A stretch of 64,000 bases of DNA from Candidatus Poseidoniaceae archaeon (GCA_965662895.1 CBFIJH010000001.1:157994-221993); one strand, 5' to 3'. Shown: positions 44,979 to 55,310, counted from the first letter of the stretch. Numbers and translations: made by a program. Notes: generated from the sequence alone by a model not told the origin.

Positions 44979-47341
44979 GACTCATTGACCAATTCAGCAT
45001 CCAAAACTGGTTGCGCACCGATGACGCCCGCTCGCTTGAACAGGGCATAGATGATCCACCCAATTCCGACATTGAGGCCAATGAATCCTGCCATACGACC
45101 AATGTACCAACTCGTGCCGTTTGGGTCGGGAACAAGTGTATCAATAAACGAGAGGATACTTGATTCCGTACCAAAGAACGCCTCTCCGGTTAACAGCCCT
45201 GCAGCAACCATGAATGTGCTTAGCAAAATGAGTGCTCGCTTCTTTTCAGCTGCACTTGCACCTTCTTCTTGCTTGATCGCCTCAATCTTTGGCTTGAGTT
45301 TCTTTTCTTCCCACTTGTCTCTGCTGTACCCACCGATAAGCATAGGAAGTGTGTGCGGAACATCGAGGTACATACCAAGGCCAAATGAAGTACCCATTCC
45401 CGTCACCCACTCAACAAACATACCAAGAAGGAAACCGAGACCAAGGAGATACAGGTCGCCTTGACCCTCTGCAAAAATAACCGAGAAGGTTGCGAACGCA
45501 TTGGCTTGTGGAGCAATCAAGTCGATTCTTCCTTCCGCCAATTGAATGGAAAGGAAGATGGCGACTGCAGCACCAATAATCGCTCCTGGGACAACACCCA
45601 TGATGTTTCCTTTCGAAATGTGGTAAGGACGATTACCGATGTACAAGCTGTTCTTGTAATCACCAATGACCGTTCCTGACATCGAAATCGCAGAACCAAA
45701 GACCGTGGTTCCAACGAGTCCGAGAAGGACCGCATCTTGCTTGTTCAAGCCAAGGGCAGCATCAAAGTTGAGGAAGATACCTAACAGCATGAGCAGAACG
45801 ATGAATGAAGTCCCTGAGACAGGCTCGATGCCTGTTTCACCCATAACACGGACGGCGATTGCACCCAGCAAGAAAGTGGTCATGATGAGGACGGTTGCGA
45901 AAATGAATGCGGCTGCAATCGGGAATCCACCGAACCAGAAAATCAGAATCATTGAAAGGAAGGTGAGTCCCATGAAGATAGGAATATGCATCAATGGCCA
46001 CTCGTACCATCCTTTTCCTTCCATGTATTCTTGGGAACCTTCGCCCTTGAACGCGGCACCAATGTCCTTGAAGATGTTCGCAAAGGTTCGCCACATTTTG
46101 GCAAGACCAAACATTCCACCACCAACGATTGAGCCTATGGCGATGGTTCGTACCGTCTTGGAAAAGGCGATCATTTGCAGTGCTTGTCCACCTTCACTTG
46201 CATACGATTGAATCGGAACGTTGGCTTGCATGGTTGCATCATAGACTGGGAAGTTGCTGAAGACAGCCAATGGGACCAGGAAGAACCAACCTACAAGCGT
46301 ACCAAGGTTGACCAAGAAAGCCACTCGCGTCTTCATAAACCAGCCAATCGCGAACATCGACGGTGTCAAAGCAACGCCGACGTAGGTGTAGGCAAAGGGG
46401 TTCCAGGCACTATCTTCCGACCATTGCGTGTATTTCTTTGATGAACCATCTTCGTAGATTCCAGATGGTTGGTGGATTTTTCCAGCACTGTAGAACGATG
46501 CAAGACCAACGTCACCGACATGAAGCGTCTCGGCGAGATAATCCATGACAGACAGTTTCTTGTCCGAAAGCCAGATCAGAGGATATTCAATCAAGAACAT
46601 ACCAATCATGGTAATACCCGTCCATAACCCAATGGTTTTCAACGATTCACGCGCATGTTCAACTGCGCCTGTGTTGACGTCAGAAGCGATATCCAGCATC
46701 TTCAGCGTCGCCTCAAATCCGGGGAGTGGTAGTGGATCTTCGACGAGCCAAACACGCCTAAAAATGATGAAGTACATCACCCCAAGGAAACCAGCAAACA
46801 TCGAAGCAACAATTGCGATAAATGCAAGTCTGAACGCTTCACCATCTTCCAACGTAATCAAGGGACCATCGGCCAGTGAATACTGTGCTTTTGATGCCAA
46901 CAGGAAAATAGCAGGGAATGTGAAAATGAATCCTGTTGAAGCGTGCGTTGCACCGGTTGTAGCCGAAGTAGCAATGTTCACTTCAGATGGCGACCACTTC
47001 AATGCCATTCCCAACAGGTATGCGATGTACCATGCTGCTGAGATGGCGAGCCCGAGCTTCAAACCGATGTAAGCGGTTACACCTGAAAAGATAGCACCGA
47101 TAGCAATACCGATCATCACTTTTGATGGAGACCAATGCGATACTTCGAAGGATTCATCGAGATTTTTTTCTTCAAGATATTGTTCCAAAACACCCGTATT
47201 GAGGTTGTTGTACATCTCGTCATCGAGCCACGTGAGCGTACCATCTTCAATGGCCTTGAGACCTTTTGCTGTGACCGGTTGACGGTATGCTGAGCGTTGA
47301 ACGGTTGAGCCCGATGAAGATTTCTCATCCATAGTGTGCAC
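44975..47341 (-). CDS. OPT-family-like oligopeptide transporter (large polytopic permease).
   Basis: 788 aa with at least 16 TM helices and an N-terminal soluble segment. The size and hydropathy pattern are compatible with OPT, but the family call is tentative. It overlaps the DMT gene by 4 nt, so the two are likely one operon. Confidence 0.5.
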   Translation of the reverse strand: MHTMDEKSSSGSTVQRSAYRQPVTAKGLKAIEDGTLTWLDDEMYNNLNTGVLEQYLEEKNLDESFEVSHWSPSKVMIGIAIGAIFSGVTAYIGLKLGLAISAAWYIAYLLGMALKWSPSEVNIATSATTGATHASTGFIFTFPAIFLLASKAQYSLADGPLITLEDGEAFRLAFIAIVASMFAGFLGVMYFIIFRRVWLVEDPLPLPGFEATLKMLDIASDVNTGAVEHARESLKTIGLWTGITMIGMFLIEYPLIWLSDKKLSVMDYLAETLHVGDVGLASFYSAGKIHQPSGIYEDGSSKKYTQWSEDSAWNPFAYTYVGVALTPSMFAIGWFMKTRVAFLVNLGTLVGWFFLVPLAVFSNFPVYDATMQANVPIQSYASEGGQALQMIAFSKTVRTIAIGSIVGGGMFGLAKMWRTFANIFKDIGAAFKGEGSQEYMEGKGWYEWPLMHIPIFMGLTFLSMILIFWFGGFPIAAAFIFATVLIMTTFLLGAIAVRVMGETGIEPVSGTSFIVLLMLLGIFLNFDAALGLNKQDAVLLGLVGTTVFGSAISMSGTVIGDYKNSLYIGNRPYHISKGNIMGVVPGAIIGAAVAIFLSIQLAEGRIDLIAPQANAFATFSVIFAEGQGDLYLLGLGFLLGMFVEWVTGMGTSFGLGMYLDVPHTLPMLIGGYSRDKWEEKKLKPKIEAIKQEEGASAAEKKRALILLSTFMVAAGLLTGEAFFGTESSILSFIDTLVPDPNGTSWYIGRMAGFIGLNVGIGWIIYALFKRAGVIGAQPVLDAELVNES

Positions 47342-47448
47342 TCCCAGATGTTTCTTGCTGTCGCGGGCACTTGAATACAGTTGCCCTCCATAATTTCCAA
47401 TTTCCTCTATCGAGAAGGGTTTATTCCTATCTACAATGATGGCTTCCT

Positions 47449-47907
47449 ATGAGCGAGACACCGGGCGAGGCGAAGTTGACCCGATTAGGGGCACAGGATT
47501 TGAACGATGATGGACGGGTCATCAATCTCGTCATTGCAGGCTCCAGCCGTTTTTACGATTACTCAGTCATCGAAGAAATATTGGATCAATGGATTGAGAT
47601 TGAGGACTATCCAGATCTGATTGTTGTTGGCGGAGCAAGTGGCGTGGATTATCTTGCAGAACGATGGGCTACAAACAACAACATCGAGGTTGTGATGTTC
47701 TCAGAGTTCTGGGATAAACCACGACCAGGCTTGGAAGATTCTGGTCGAAGCGAAGCTCCACTCGAACTGACAGAGAAACTTCTTGAGGCAGCAACACACG
47801 TTCTAGCATTCTTGAGTAAGGAAAGCAAATGGACCAAGGTGGTTGCAGATGAAGCACATCAGCGAGGCATACCGACATACGTCCATCATTTGGACGAATC
47901 AGATTGA
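47449..47907 (+). CDS. SLOG-superfamily Rossmann-fold protein (DUF2493-like).
   Basis: LVIAGSSRFYDY...LIVVGGASGVDYLAERWA resembles the DUF2493/SLOG glycine-rich nucleotide-binding motif. Confidence 0.4.
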   Translation: MSETPGEAKLTRLGAQDLNDDGRVINLVIAGSSRFYDYSVIEEILDQWIEIEDYPDLIVVGGASGVDYLAERWATNNNIEVVMFSEFWDKPRPGLEDSGRSEAPLELTEKLLEAATHVLAFLSKESKWTKVVADEAHQRGIPTYVHHLDESD

Positions 47908-48608
47908 GACTTTTTGAGAAGGCGAGCAGGGATTCCGGCCCAAGTCTCACCGTCTGGAATCACCTTACGTTTCGGCAAAACAGCTCGATAAGCGAGGATG
48001 CAATCTTCGCCGATTCTCGAACCCGGTCCAACCATGGTTGCCCCACCGATCGTTGAATTCTTCCCGATGATGACCTTCTCGAGGACGATGTTGCCGTGTT
48101 CGACGAGATGTCCGTTGATGGTCGCTCCACCTCCAATCACGACGTTATCGCCCAGCTCGACCAATGAAGGGTCGTTGATTGTAACAGTGTTGATGTTGAC
48201 ATTTTTTCCAATTTTACAGCCTGCTAAGCGATAGTAGGCATTCGCAAAAAATGAAGGTACAATATGAGTTAGAAACGGTTGTGTTGCTCGATGGAGTTGG
48301 CCACAAATAGCCCAACGTATTGTTGTCAATGATGCGAGGGGGGCAACAATCCGGTCGTTGAGACGCATCCGAATCACGAATTGCAATGTACCTGACAACA
48401 ACAAAAGAAACATTCCCCAGGTCAAGAACGCAATCGAAGCAGAGAATCCAATCAGAAGCAAGTCTGGCCAACTTTTGTCATTCGGGCCGAATGATGTCAA
48501 CGCATCAAAAACGTAGATTGCTGGTGCAATCGGCAAGCCCCAGACAATACCCATCAAGAGAATCATCAGTACTGAAAGAATTGCTTGAATCTGTGTAAAG
48601 CCACGCAT
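47886..48608 (-). CDS. Membrane-anchored hexapeptide-repeat (left-handed beta-helix) acyltransferase.
   Basis: N-terminal TM helices, then hexapeptide repeats IGKNVNINTVTINDPSLVELGDNVVIGGGATINGHLVEHGNIVLEKVIIGKNSTIGGATMVGPGSRIGEDC. The start is uncertain: Met at 48608 avoids overlap with the MFS gene, and 48632 is the alternative. Confidence 0.55.
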   Translation of the reverse strand: MRGFTQIQAILSVLMILLMGIVWGLPIAPAIYVFDALTSFGPNDKSWPDLLLIGFSASIAFLTWGMFLLLLSGTLQFVIRMRLNDRIVAPLASLTTIRWAICGQLHRATQPFLTHIVPSFFANAYYRLAGCKIGKNVNINTVTINDPSLVELGDNVVIGGGATINGHLVEHGNIVLEKVIIGKNSTIGGATMVGPGSRIGEDCILAYRAVLPKRKVIPDGETWAGIPARLLKKSQSDSSK

Positions 48609-48621
48609 GGCCAAAACCCCA

Positions 48622-50640
48622 TCATGCATCATTCTTTGCTGCGGCTTCAGCACGTGCTCGTGCATCCTCTTCTTCTGCAACACGAATGCCTTCCTCAAGA
48701 TCAACACGACTGGTGAGATAGGTTCCTGCGAGAATGACAATGGTAATCGTCAGAATTGCAACACGACTATCAAAGACTGAACTCGCAATACCGTACAGGA
48801 ACGTTCCAATCATGGCCGCAGACTTTCCAAGGAATCCAAAGAAGCCAAAGAACTCTGAAGTTCGTGTTTCCGGAACGAGTTGTGAGAACATCGAACGAGC
48901 CTGTGCTCCTGCACTGCCCATCGCAACACCAACAAACATGCCGAGAATAATCCATTGCAAGGAAACACTGATGTTCAGTGGATCCCAAACATTGTCTCGC
49001 ATGAACGTAGCCCAGCCATCAGCAGGACCACCTTGATCGACGACGGTTGGATGACGGTCACCGAGTTCGGCCTCTCCCCCGACAGGTCCACCGACAAACA
49101 GAATCGAGAATCGATGGTCGCTGGTGTTGTTAAACGCATTTGCAAGTGAAGCGGCATCGGTTTCACCGATTTGCAAGACCTCATCTTCTGTGGTTTCCTT
49201 CTGTCCTGCGAGATACGTCGACGCGAAGATGGCAATGGCGACCATGGCAATCATGGCGAGTACACCCAACCATCCAAGTTCCTTGCTTTGGATGAACATA
49301 ATCCCTCCACCGAGAATCGCAACGAAGGCAAGTATGACAACACAGACAATTAGCCCAGTGGCAATGGTGCTCTCACCCTTGTCCCCAACGCTGTAGTCAG
49401 GCTCAGGGAAGTATTCTTGGAAATTGTCTCGGAATGCTGCATCACCTTTTGCAGTTTCTCCAATCCATCCTTCGTATCCACGATCGTACAGCGTTGACAT
49501 GTTGTAACTGCTCGATGCCTCATCCCACGTGAAGGTGAAATCATAGCGTTCAGCATCATCCGGCGTTCCATCATTGTCTTCATCTGCCGTTGGGTCCAAC
49601 TCAAGCGGAGCGAAGCCTGCAGCGGTTACAGCGACGAAACAGTAGATGAGCAGCGCAAGCATCAGAGCAAATTTGGTTCCTTTCACGTCAGCAAGCTTTC
49701 CAAACACCAAGGTCATTGGAATCGCAACGACGTTTACAGTGAGCAGAAGAATAACGTTCATACTCGGGTTGAGTCGTAGAACAGATTCTCCAAACGCACT
49801 GGCCATACTTGCAATCGTGTTGACACCGTCATAAAACAGGAGATAAGCAAGAAGGAAGAATGCGAGCACCTTGAATCGCTTCACTTCTCGGAATGTTTGC
49901 AGAACCTGGCCGTACGCCATCTTCGTTGCTTTTCCAAATCCTTCCCATTCCATTTCAGATGGAATCTCAGGTTCCGGCGTCCACTTGAAAATGAGTGCTC
50001 CAAAGCCCCACCACCAAATCGAAGATGTTGCGAAAATAATCGCCATTTGGAAATTTGTATCCCATGATGTGCCCAACAGGACGATGAGGTGGAAAATGAG
50101 CAGCAAAGAACCGCCAATGAACCCATAAGCATAGCCCCATGTCGATACGTGATCTTGACACTTTCGGGGAGCAAGATAGGGCATGAAGGAATAGTAGATG
50201 ACGTTACCACCCGTAAACCCAATCGTACCGATGGTGTACATGAGCGCCAAGATGATGTATCCTTGTGAACCGAAATACGGTGCAGCTCCCATCAATGCTG
50301 TGAACAATATACCCGCCACAGTGTACCATTTGAGCAATTTTTTCTTAATCGGCATTTTGTCAGCGATGACACCCAAGGCAGGTGCAGTAATCACAACGAA
50401 AATCATCGAAAAGGTCAGCACCCAAGCATAGAAAGTGTCACCTGATTGCGTACCTGTTGCCGTGTTGTACAGTGCTGCCATCAATGCTGGAGCGATGACC
50501 GTCATAACGGTGAGCGCATAGGCTTGGTTTGCCCAGTCGAAGAAATACCAGCCTTTGAGAGCCTTTTTGTCATCATCGCTCATTGCCGACATGATTTCTT
50601 TGGTCGTGCGCAATTCTTCTGAAGTTGCCATCTCGCTCAT
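48622..50640 (-). CDS. MFS transporter of the UMF1/Atg22-like family.
   Basis: The FFDWANQAYA motif (DWANSA[FY] of UMF1 proteins), 12 TM helices and a large extracytoplasmic insertion. Start set at the ATG at 50640 (MSEMATSEE..). Confidence 0.6.
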   Translation of the reverse strand: MSEMATSEELRTTKEIMSAMSDDDKKALKGWYFFDWANQAYALTVMTVIAPALMAALYNTATGTQSGDTFYAWVLTFSMIFVVITAPALGVIADKMPIKKKLLKWYTVAGILFTALMGAAPYFGSQGYIILALMYTIGTIGFTGGNVIYYSFMPYLAPRKCQDHVSTWGYAYGFIGGSLLLIFHLIVLLGTSWDTNFQMAIIFATSSIWWWGFGALIFKWTPEPEIPSEMEWEGFGKATKMAYGQVLQTFREVKRFKVLAFFLLAYLLFYDGVNTIASMASAFGESVLRLNPSMNVILLLTVNVVAIPMTLVFGKLADVKGTKFALMLALLIYCFVAVTAAGFAPLELDPTADEDNDGTPDDAERYDFTFTWDEASSSYNMSTLYDRGYEGWIGETAKGDAAFRDNFQEYFPEPDYSVGDKGESTIATGLIVCVVILAFVAILGGGIMFIQSKELGWLGVLAMIAMVAIAIFASTYLAGQKETTEDEVLQIGETDAASLANAFNNTSDHRFSILFVGGPVGGEAELGDRHPTVVDQGGPADGWATFMRDNVWDPLNISVSLQWIILGMFVGVAMGSAGAQARSMFSQLVPETRTSEFFGFFGFLGKSAAMIGTFLYGIASSVFDSRVAILTITIVILAGTYLTSRVDLEEGIRVAEEEDARARAEAAAKNDA

Positions 50641-50761
50641 CGTATCACTATCTACTCCATGTTCAACTTGGTTTATCAAGACAACACCTGCATGGAATTG
50701 ACCACGATGCATTTGGAAGGATACGACAAATGTTCAAACGCATGGTTCTACAGGGTCGTGT

Positions 50762-51757
50762 ATGACCAAAGAATTTCCGAGGATTATGGTAACAGGCTGC
50801 ACTGGTTTCCTTGGACGTCAAGTCACGCAGGAGTTTCTTACCCGTGGCTACAAGGTCCGTGGCACAACACGAACGACCAAGGACAAACACCAATCCATTC
50901 TTGAAGATTTTTCGGCAGGAGATTCTTTCGAATTACGAACGCTTGATCTTACCTCGGATGCTGGATGGGAAGAAGCAATGGATGGGATTGATGCTGTTGT
51001 TCACACAGCATCTCCGTTCTCTGCCTATGAGCCAAAAGATGAGATGGAATTGATTGGACCAGCTCGAGATGGGACGCTGAGAGTTCTTGGTTTTGCGTAC
51101 GATTCTGGAATACGTAAGTTCGTGATTACTTCATCAACGGCAGCAATATCAGGTGCAACACCGACAACAAAAAACCGTACCTACACGGAAGGGGATTGGA
51201 CCGACCTGAGTAAGGATATCTCCGCTTATACAAAGAGCAAAACACTTGCAGAAAAAGCAGCACGAAAATTCGCTTCCGAACACCAAGATGTTGCGTTAAC
51301 GACCGTCAATCCAAACGTGATTTTTGGCCCACTTCACAGCGGTCAATCGGGAACATCGTTGCGAATCATTGAATCGATTGTCAAAAGCTCCTATCCGGGT
51401 TTTCCAAAAATTAGTTTTGCACCTGTTGATGTGCGTGATGTGGCATGGATGCATGCAGAGGCATTGGAGCGAAGCGAATTGGATGGTGAACGCTTGATGA
51501 TGGCAACCACACCGATCACGATGCCGCAAATAGCTCGACACTTGAAATCGAATGGCTACAAAGTTCGAACCCTTGCCCTGCCAAATATCATCGTCAAGGC
51601 CATGGCCATCTTCATCAAAGAGGCTCGATTGGTCACAATGGGGTTGGGGACAACCAATCATTACGATTGTTCAAACATCATCGAAAAAACAGGATGGAAG
51701 TCAAAAAGCCACGAGGAAATGATTGTCTCAGCGGCAAAATCGCTCGGGTTTCAATGA
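50762..51757 (+). CDS. NAD(P)-dependent epimerase/dehydratase-family reductase (extended SDR, cinnamoyl-CoA-reductase-like).
   Basis: IMVTGCTGFLGRQV Rossmann motif, the YxxxK region (YTKSKTLAEK) and 331 aa. Confidence 0.75.
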   Translation: MTKEFPRIMVTGCTGFLGRQVTQEFLTRGYKVRGTTRTTKDKHQSILEDFSAGDSFELRTLDLTSDAGWEEAMDGIDAVVHTASPFSAYEPKDEMELIGPARDGTLRVLGFAYDSGIRKFVITSSTAAISGATPTTKNRTYTEGDWTDLSKDISAYTKSKTLAEKAARKFASEHQDVALTTVNPNVIFGPLHSGQSGTSLRIIESIVKSSYPGFPKISFAPVDVRDVAWMHAEALERSELDGERLMMATTPITMPQIARHLKSNGYKVRTLALPNIIVKAMAIFIKEARLVTMGLGTTNHYDCSNIIEKTGWKSKSHEEMIVSAAKSLGFQ

Positions 51758-52146
51758 TCTCGAATGATGATGTATCGGCCGAGTGCTTCCTGCCACATGA
51801 TTTTCTGGCCAGCATCGATTGACATACCGCTGTCACTGTCTGGCATAGGAAGAATCATCATCGAATAGTCTCGGTCATTCATGGCGTGAACTTCGCTACC
51901 TTCGATGTGTGTGACCGTTGCGGTACCCTTCTCAATCATGGGTACGCTGATTGAATCTGTCACCGTACCAACGTGGGAGATTTTCTTGCCCGTAAAGATG
52001 CTCTCAAGAGCAAGTCGTGCTTTCGCTGAACCGTGCTTGCCTGGCTTTGATTTCGAGATGCTCAAAATCTTGTAGGCTTCATCATCAACAACACAAAATC
52101 GTCCAACTTTTAGCGTTCGAATCTCAACACGGTCGGTTCCTGGCAT
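51751..52146 (-). CDS. eif5a: Translation initiation factor 5A.
   Basis: Hypusine loop SKSKPGKHGSAKARL. Start set at the internal ATG at 52146 (MPGTDRVEIRTLKVG..). Confidence 0.85.
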   Translation of the reverse strand: MPGTDRVEIRTLKVGRFCVVDDEAYKILSISKSKPGKHGSAKARLALESIFTGKKISHVGTVTDSISVPMIEKGTATVTHIEGSEVHAMNDRDYSMMILPMPDSDSGMSIDAGQKIMWQEALGRYIIIRDH

Positions 52147-52199
52147 GAACCTACGCTGAGGTGGTGGCTTATGACAGTTCGGTTCACCGTATTCGGATT

Positions 52200-52943
52200 T
52201 CACAAATCCCTTACATCAAATCGATGTCCTGATTGCTCGAACGTGTGGTGAACAATCAGGTTGTGCAACTGATCAGCAACATCCTCAGGATTGGTCAGTT
52301 GTCCATCCCGATGATATCCCGCAAACGATTCAACCAATGGAAAATCTTCAATGTTTGAGGATCGAATTTCAATTTGCATATCGGTATCGACGATGCCTGG
52401 TGCGATGGCTACGGAGGTAATTCCATGCTTCGCACCTTCCTCTGCAAGGCATCTTGACCACATATCGAGCCCTGCTTTTGAGACGCAGTAGGCCGACCAC
52501 GAGTGAAGCGGGCGTAATGCTGCTCCGCTCGAAATGGTTGTCACACGGCAATGCTTCGAGGCCTTCATCTGCTCATAGATTCCTTGGGTCAAACGTTGTA
52601 CTCCGATGACGTTAACGTACAAACTACGTTCCCATTCGGAATTGTCCGCATCTTGAAGCGGTTGAATCGGTGAAATGATTCCCGCATTGTGGACAACACC
52701 GTCGATTGCACCAACTTGTTGCAAGGATTCAATTGCGGCATCAATCGAATCCGCATGACCCAAATCACAACCGACAAAGAACGATGATGGTGAAATCGAC
52801 TGAACCTCCTCGCATGCAAGCTTCAGAAGAGGTGAGGAACGGGCAAGCAAAATGACCTGAATCCCTTCTTCAGCCAATCGCTTTGCAATCGCTCGTCCAA
52901 TACCCTTTGAAGCACCGGTTACAAGGTAGGTTCTGTTGCCCAT
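52200..52943 (-). CDS. Short-chain dehydrogenase/reductase (classical SDR).
   Basis: YLVTGASKGIGRAIA, the catalytic YCVSKAG and NAG (NAGIISP). Confidence 0.8.
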   Translation of the reverse strand: MGNRTYLVTGASKGIGRAIAKRLAEEGIQVILLARSSPLLKLACEEVQSISPSSFFVGCDLGHADSIDAAIESLQQVGAIDGVVHNAGIISPIQPLQDADNSEWERSLYVNVIGVQRLTQGIYEQMKASKHCRVTTISSGAALRPLHSWSAYCVSKAGLDMWSRCLAEEGAKHGITSVAIAPGIVDTDMQIEIRSSNIEDFPLVESFAGYHRDGQLTNPEDVADQLHNLIVHHTFEQSGHRFDVRDL

Positions 52944-53012
52944 AAATCCAAGAGAGCAAGACGCCTAATCAGTATTGTTGAAAGCACTTTAGAAACAGGA
53001 GTATATTTACCA

Positions 53013-55310
53013 ATGCTCGAAGTTTCCTCTATGTTCGATTTACCTGAACATCTTGCGGAAAGATGTCGTCAGGCCAACACGATTGAACAGATTCTAAGAG
53101 ATGGCCCAATCATCGTTTGGTTGAAGTCGTCCCTTCGAACACACGAAAACCCTGCACTCGATGCTGGTCGACTTCTTGCCAATCAATACAATCTTCCTCT
53201 CCTTGTCTACCAAGCTGTCGATGAACGCTATCCGCATGCGAATGCCCGTCACCACAATATTCTCTTCGATGCAGCCATCGATCTCTCCTCTGGTTGCCAA
53301 AAGTTGGGCATCGATTACGCACTTCACATAGCTCGGAAAGGTCATCGCCCCCCAGTTATGAAAGCGTTTGCAAAAACTGCAAGTGCAATCGTGACGGATC
53401 TGTTTCCTTTGCCCCCATGGAAAGATTGGGTTGATAAAATTGCATCCATAGCAACGTGTCCAGTGATTGAAATCGATTGCCATTGTGTTGTACCATTGCC
53501 AGTATTTGGAAAATCAATGGACCGACCATTCAGATATCGTGATGCAACAAAAAAGTTGAGAAAGCGTCGAGTTGGTCAACCGTGGCCGTCACTCGACCTC
53601 GAGAAACCACTACGGTGGAACGGCCCTTTACCGTTTGAACAGGTCAACATCAGCGAATTGACCTCAATGGAACACCGGTTGGCATTGTTGCAACAGTGCG
53701 ATATTGACATGTCTGTCCATCCGGTTTGGGACCAGCGAGGAGGTGAACGGGCTGCACTTGTGCGATGGCAGGAGTTCCTTGCAAAAGGAATCTCAGGATA
53801 CGCACGTCGTAGGAACAATGCTGCGGACGCACAAGGAGTCTCTCGTCTCTCCATGGCCATCCATTATGGGATGATTTCAGTCATGAAAATCGTTCGAGAG
53901 GCGCACGAAGTCGGTACGAAAAGCGCGGAAAAGTTTCTCGATGAATTGCTCATTTTTCGAGAACATGCGTGGCACCATGTTTACGCGAGAGATGAACCAT
54001 ATGGTTCTCACAATTTACCGAATTGGGCCCTCGAATCGTGGCAAGATACTGCAGATGACGTCCGAACCACGCTCCTCGAAAAAGACGACTTTGAACTCGG
54101 AGCGTCCCCAAACAAATTGTGGAATTTGTGTCAAACCTCATTGTATCGTCATGGTGAATTGCACAACAATCTTCGTATGACGTGGGGGAAGGCAACACCG
54201 CACTGGACCACCTCCCTTGAAGCATCTTTGAAAATGGGTCAGCACTTGAACGACAGATTCGCACTTGATGGAAGAGATCCGTCTTCCATTGCTGGCATTC
54301 ATTGGTGTCACGGTTTGTTTGATCGGCCCTTTTTACCGCCCTTACCTGTCATGGGCGTTGTTCGGAAACGTGAACTAGCAACCCACCAGTCACGACTTGA
54401 CATGGATGCCTACGAACGACATGTCATGCGAACTGCGTACAATCAACAACGACCCTTTGTCATCGTAGGTGCTGGATATGCTGGCGCACGCTCTGCTCAA
54501 ATTCTGAGCAATTATGGATACGATGTGCTCGTTCTCGACAAAGGGACAATTCCTGGAGGTCGCTCATCAACAAAACGACGTGAAGAAGGACTCTACAATC
54601 ACGGATCGGATGTTCTTGGCGATGATGAAAACCTGTTCGCCGATGCTGCGATTAACACGATGCTCGAAGGCATCGATGTTTGCTGCGAGACAACAATCAC
54701 CTCCATCGAATCGCATCAGGACTGTGTTGTTCTTGAAGACGAGAGAGGATTCACGTGGGAAGCTGAAGCTGTGATTCTTACATGTCCAATACCGCAATTG
54801 CAACCAATTCTAGCAAACACCGTTCCACAAGAATGGAACGACCATCCTTACATTTCAAATTGGACACTTATTTGCACGGGGAAAGAACACGTTCCTGAAC
54901 AAATCATCAACTATGCAAGTGATTCTATAGAAGAAATCAGGAAGGGAGTACAAAAACCGGATTCGAATGTTCTGATCGTTCATATGACCAACGAATGGAG
55001 CAAGAGACATCTCGAACGTTCTAGAGACGAGGTTGTGGAATTGATTTTGAACGAACTCCAACCCATCCAATCGGATTGGTTTGAAAACGCTGGATTTCAC
55101 GCTCATCGCTGGCGCTATTCACGACCGCTTACTCAGCCTGAGCGTATCCATCACGAACGAATCACATTTGCGGGAGATGCTTGGGCAGAACCCTTGGGAA
55201 CCGTTGAGGGTGCGCTAAATTCCGCAGAATTCGCTGCTCTCGAATTGGTATGGAAAATCAATTATGCTCAGAATCGTCCATCAATATCAATGCAAACAAC
55301 GTTGTTTTAG
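53013..55310 (+). CDS. Class II CPD photolyase fused to a C-terminal FAD/NAD(P)-binding oxidoreductase (renalase/amine-oxidase-like) domain.
   Basis: The N-terminal ~450 aa show the photolyase alpha/beta domain (IVWLKSSLRTHENPALD) and the class II signature LRMTWGKATPHWT (compare RMYWAKKILEW). The C-terminal ~300 aa begin with the dinucleotide fold PFVIVGAGYAGARSA and end HRWRYSRP...FAGDAW. It is a single uninterrupted frame of 765 aa. The true start may be the ATG at 53031, which sits about 25 nt after a TATATTTA box. Confidence 0.7.
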   Translation: MLEVSSMFDLPEHLAERCRQANTIEQILRDGPIIVWLKSSLRTHENPALDAGRLLANQYNLPLLVYQAVDERYPHANARHHNILFDAAIDLSSGCQKLGIDYALHIARKGHRPPVMKAFAKTASAIVTDLFPLPPWKDWVDKIASIATCPVIEIDCHCVVPLPVFGKSMDRPFRYRDATKKLRKRRVGQPWPSLDLEKPLRWNGPLPFEQVNISELTSMEHRLALLQQCDIDMSVHPVWDQRGGERAALVRWQEFLAKGISGYARRRNNAADAQGVSRLSMAIHYGMISVMKIVREAHEVGTKSAEKFLDELLIFREHAWHHVYARDEPYGSHNLPNWALESWQDTADDVRTTLLEKDDFELGASPNKLWNLCQTSLYRHGELHNNLRMTWGKATPHWTTSLEASLKMGQHLNDRFALDGRDPSSIAGIHWCHGLFDRPFLPPLPVMGVVRKRELATHQSRLDMDAYERHVMRTAYNQQRPFVIVGAGYAGARSAQILSNYGYDVLVLDKGTIPGGRSSTKRREEGLYNHGSDVLGDDENLFADAAINTMLEGIDVCCETTITSIESHQDCVVLEDERGFTWEAEAVILTCPIPQLQPILANTVPQEWNDHPYISNWTLICTGKEHVPEQIINYASDSIEEIRKGVQKPDSNVLIVHMTNEWSKRHLERSRDEVVELILNELQPIQSDWFENAGFHAHRWRYSRPLTQPERIHHERITFAGDAWAEPLGTVEGALNSAEFAALELVWKINYAQNRPSISMQTTLF

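Noticed and set aside
44975-47341. Plus-strand ORFs inside the OPT-like permease gene (45051-45464, 45666-46211, 46545-47072).
   Set aside because: They are antisense to a long, hydropathy-consistent permease gene. Their composition (Pro/Ser/Arg-rich) is typical of reverse-strand reading of a GC-balanced membrane-protein gene.
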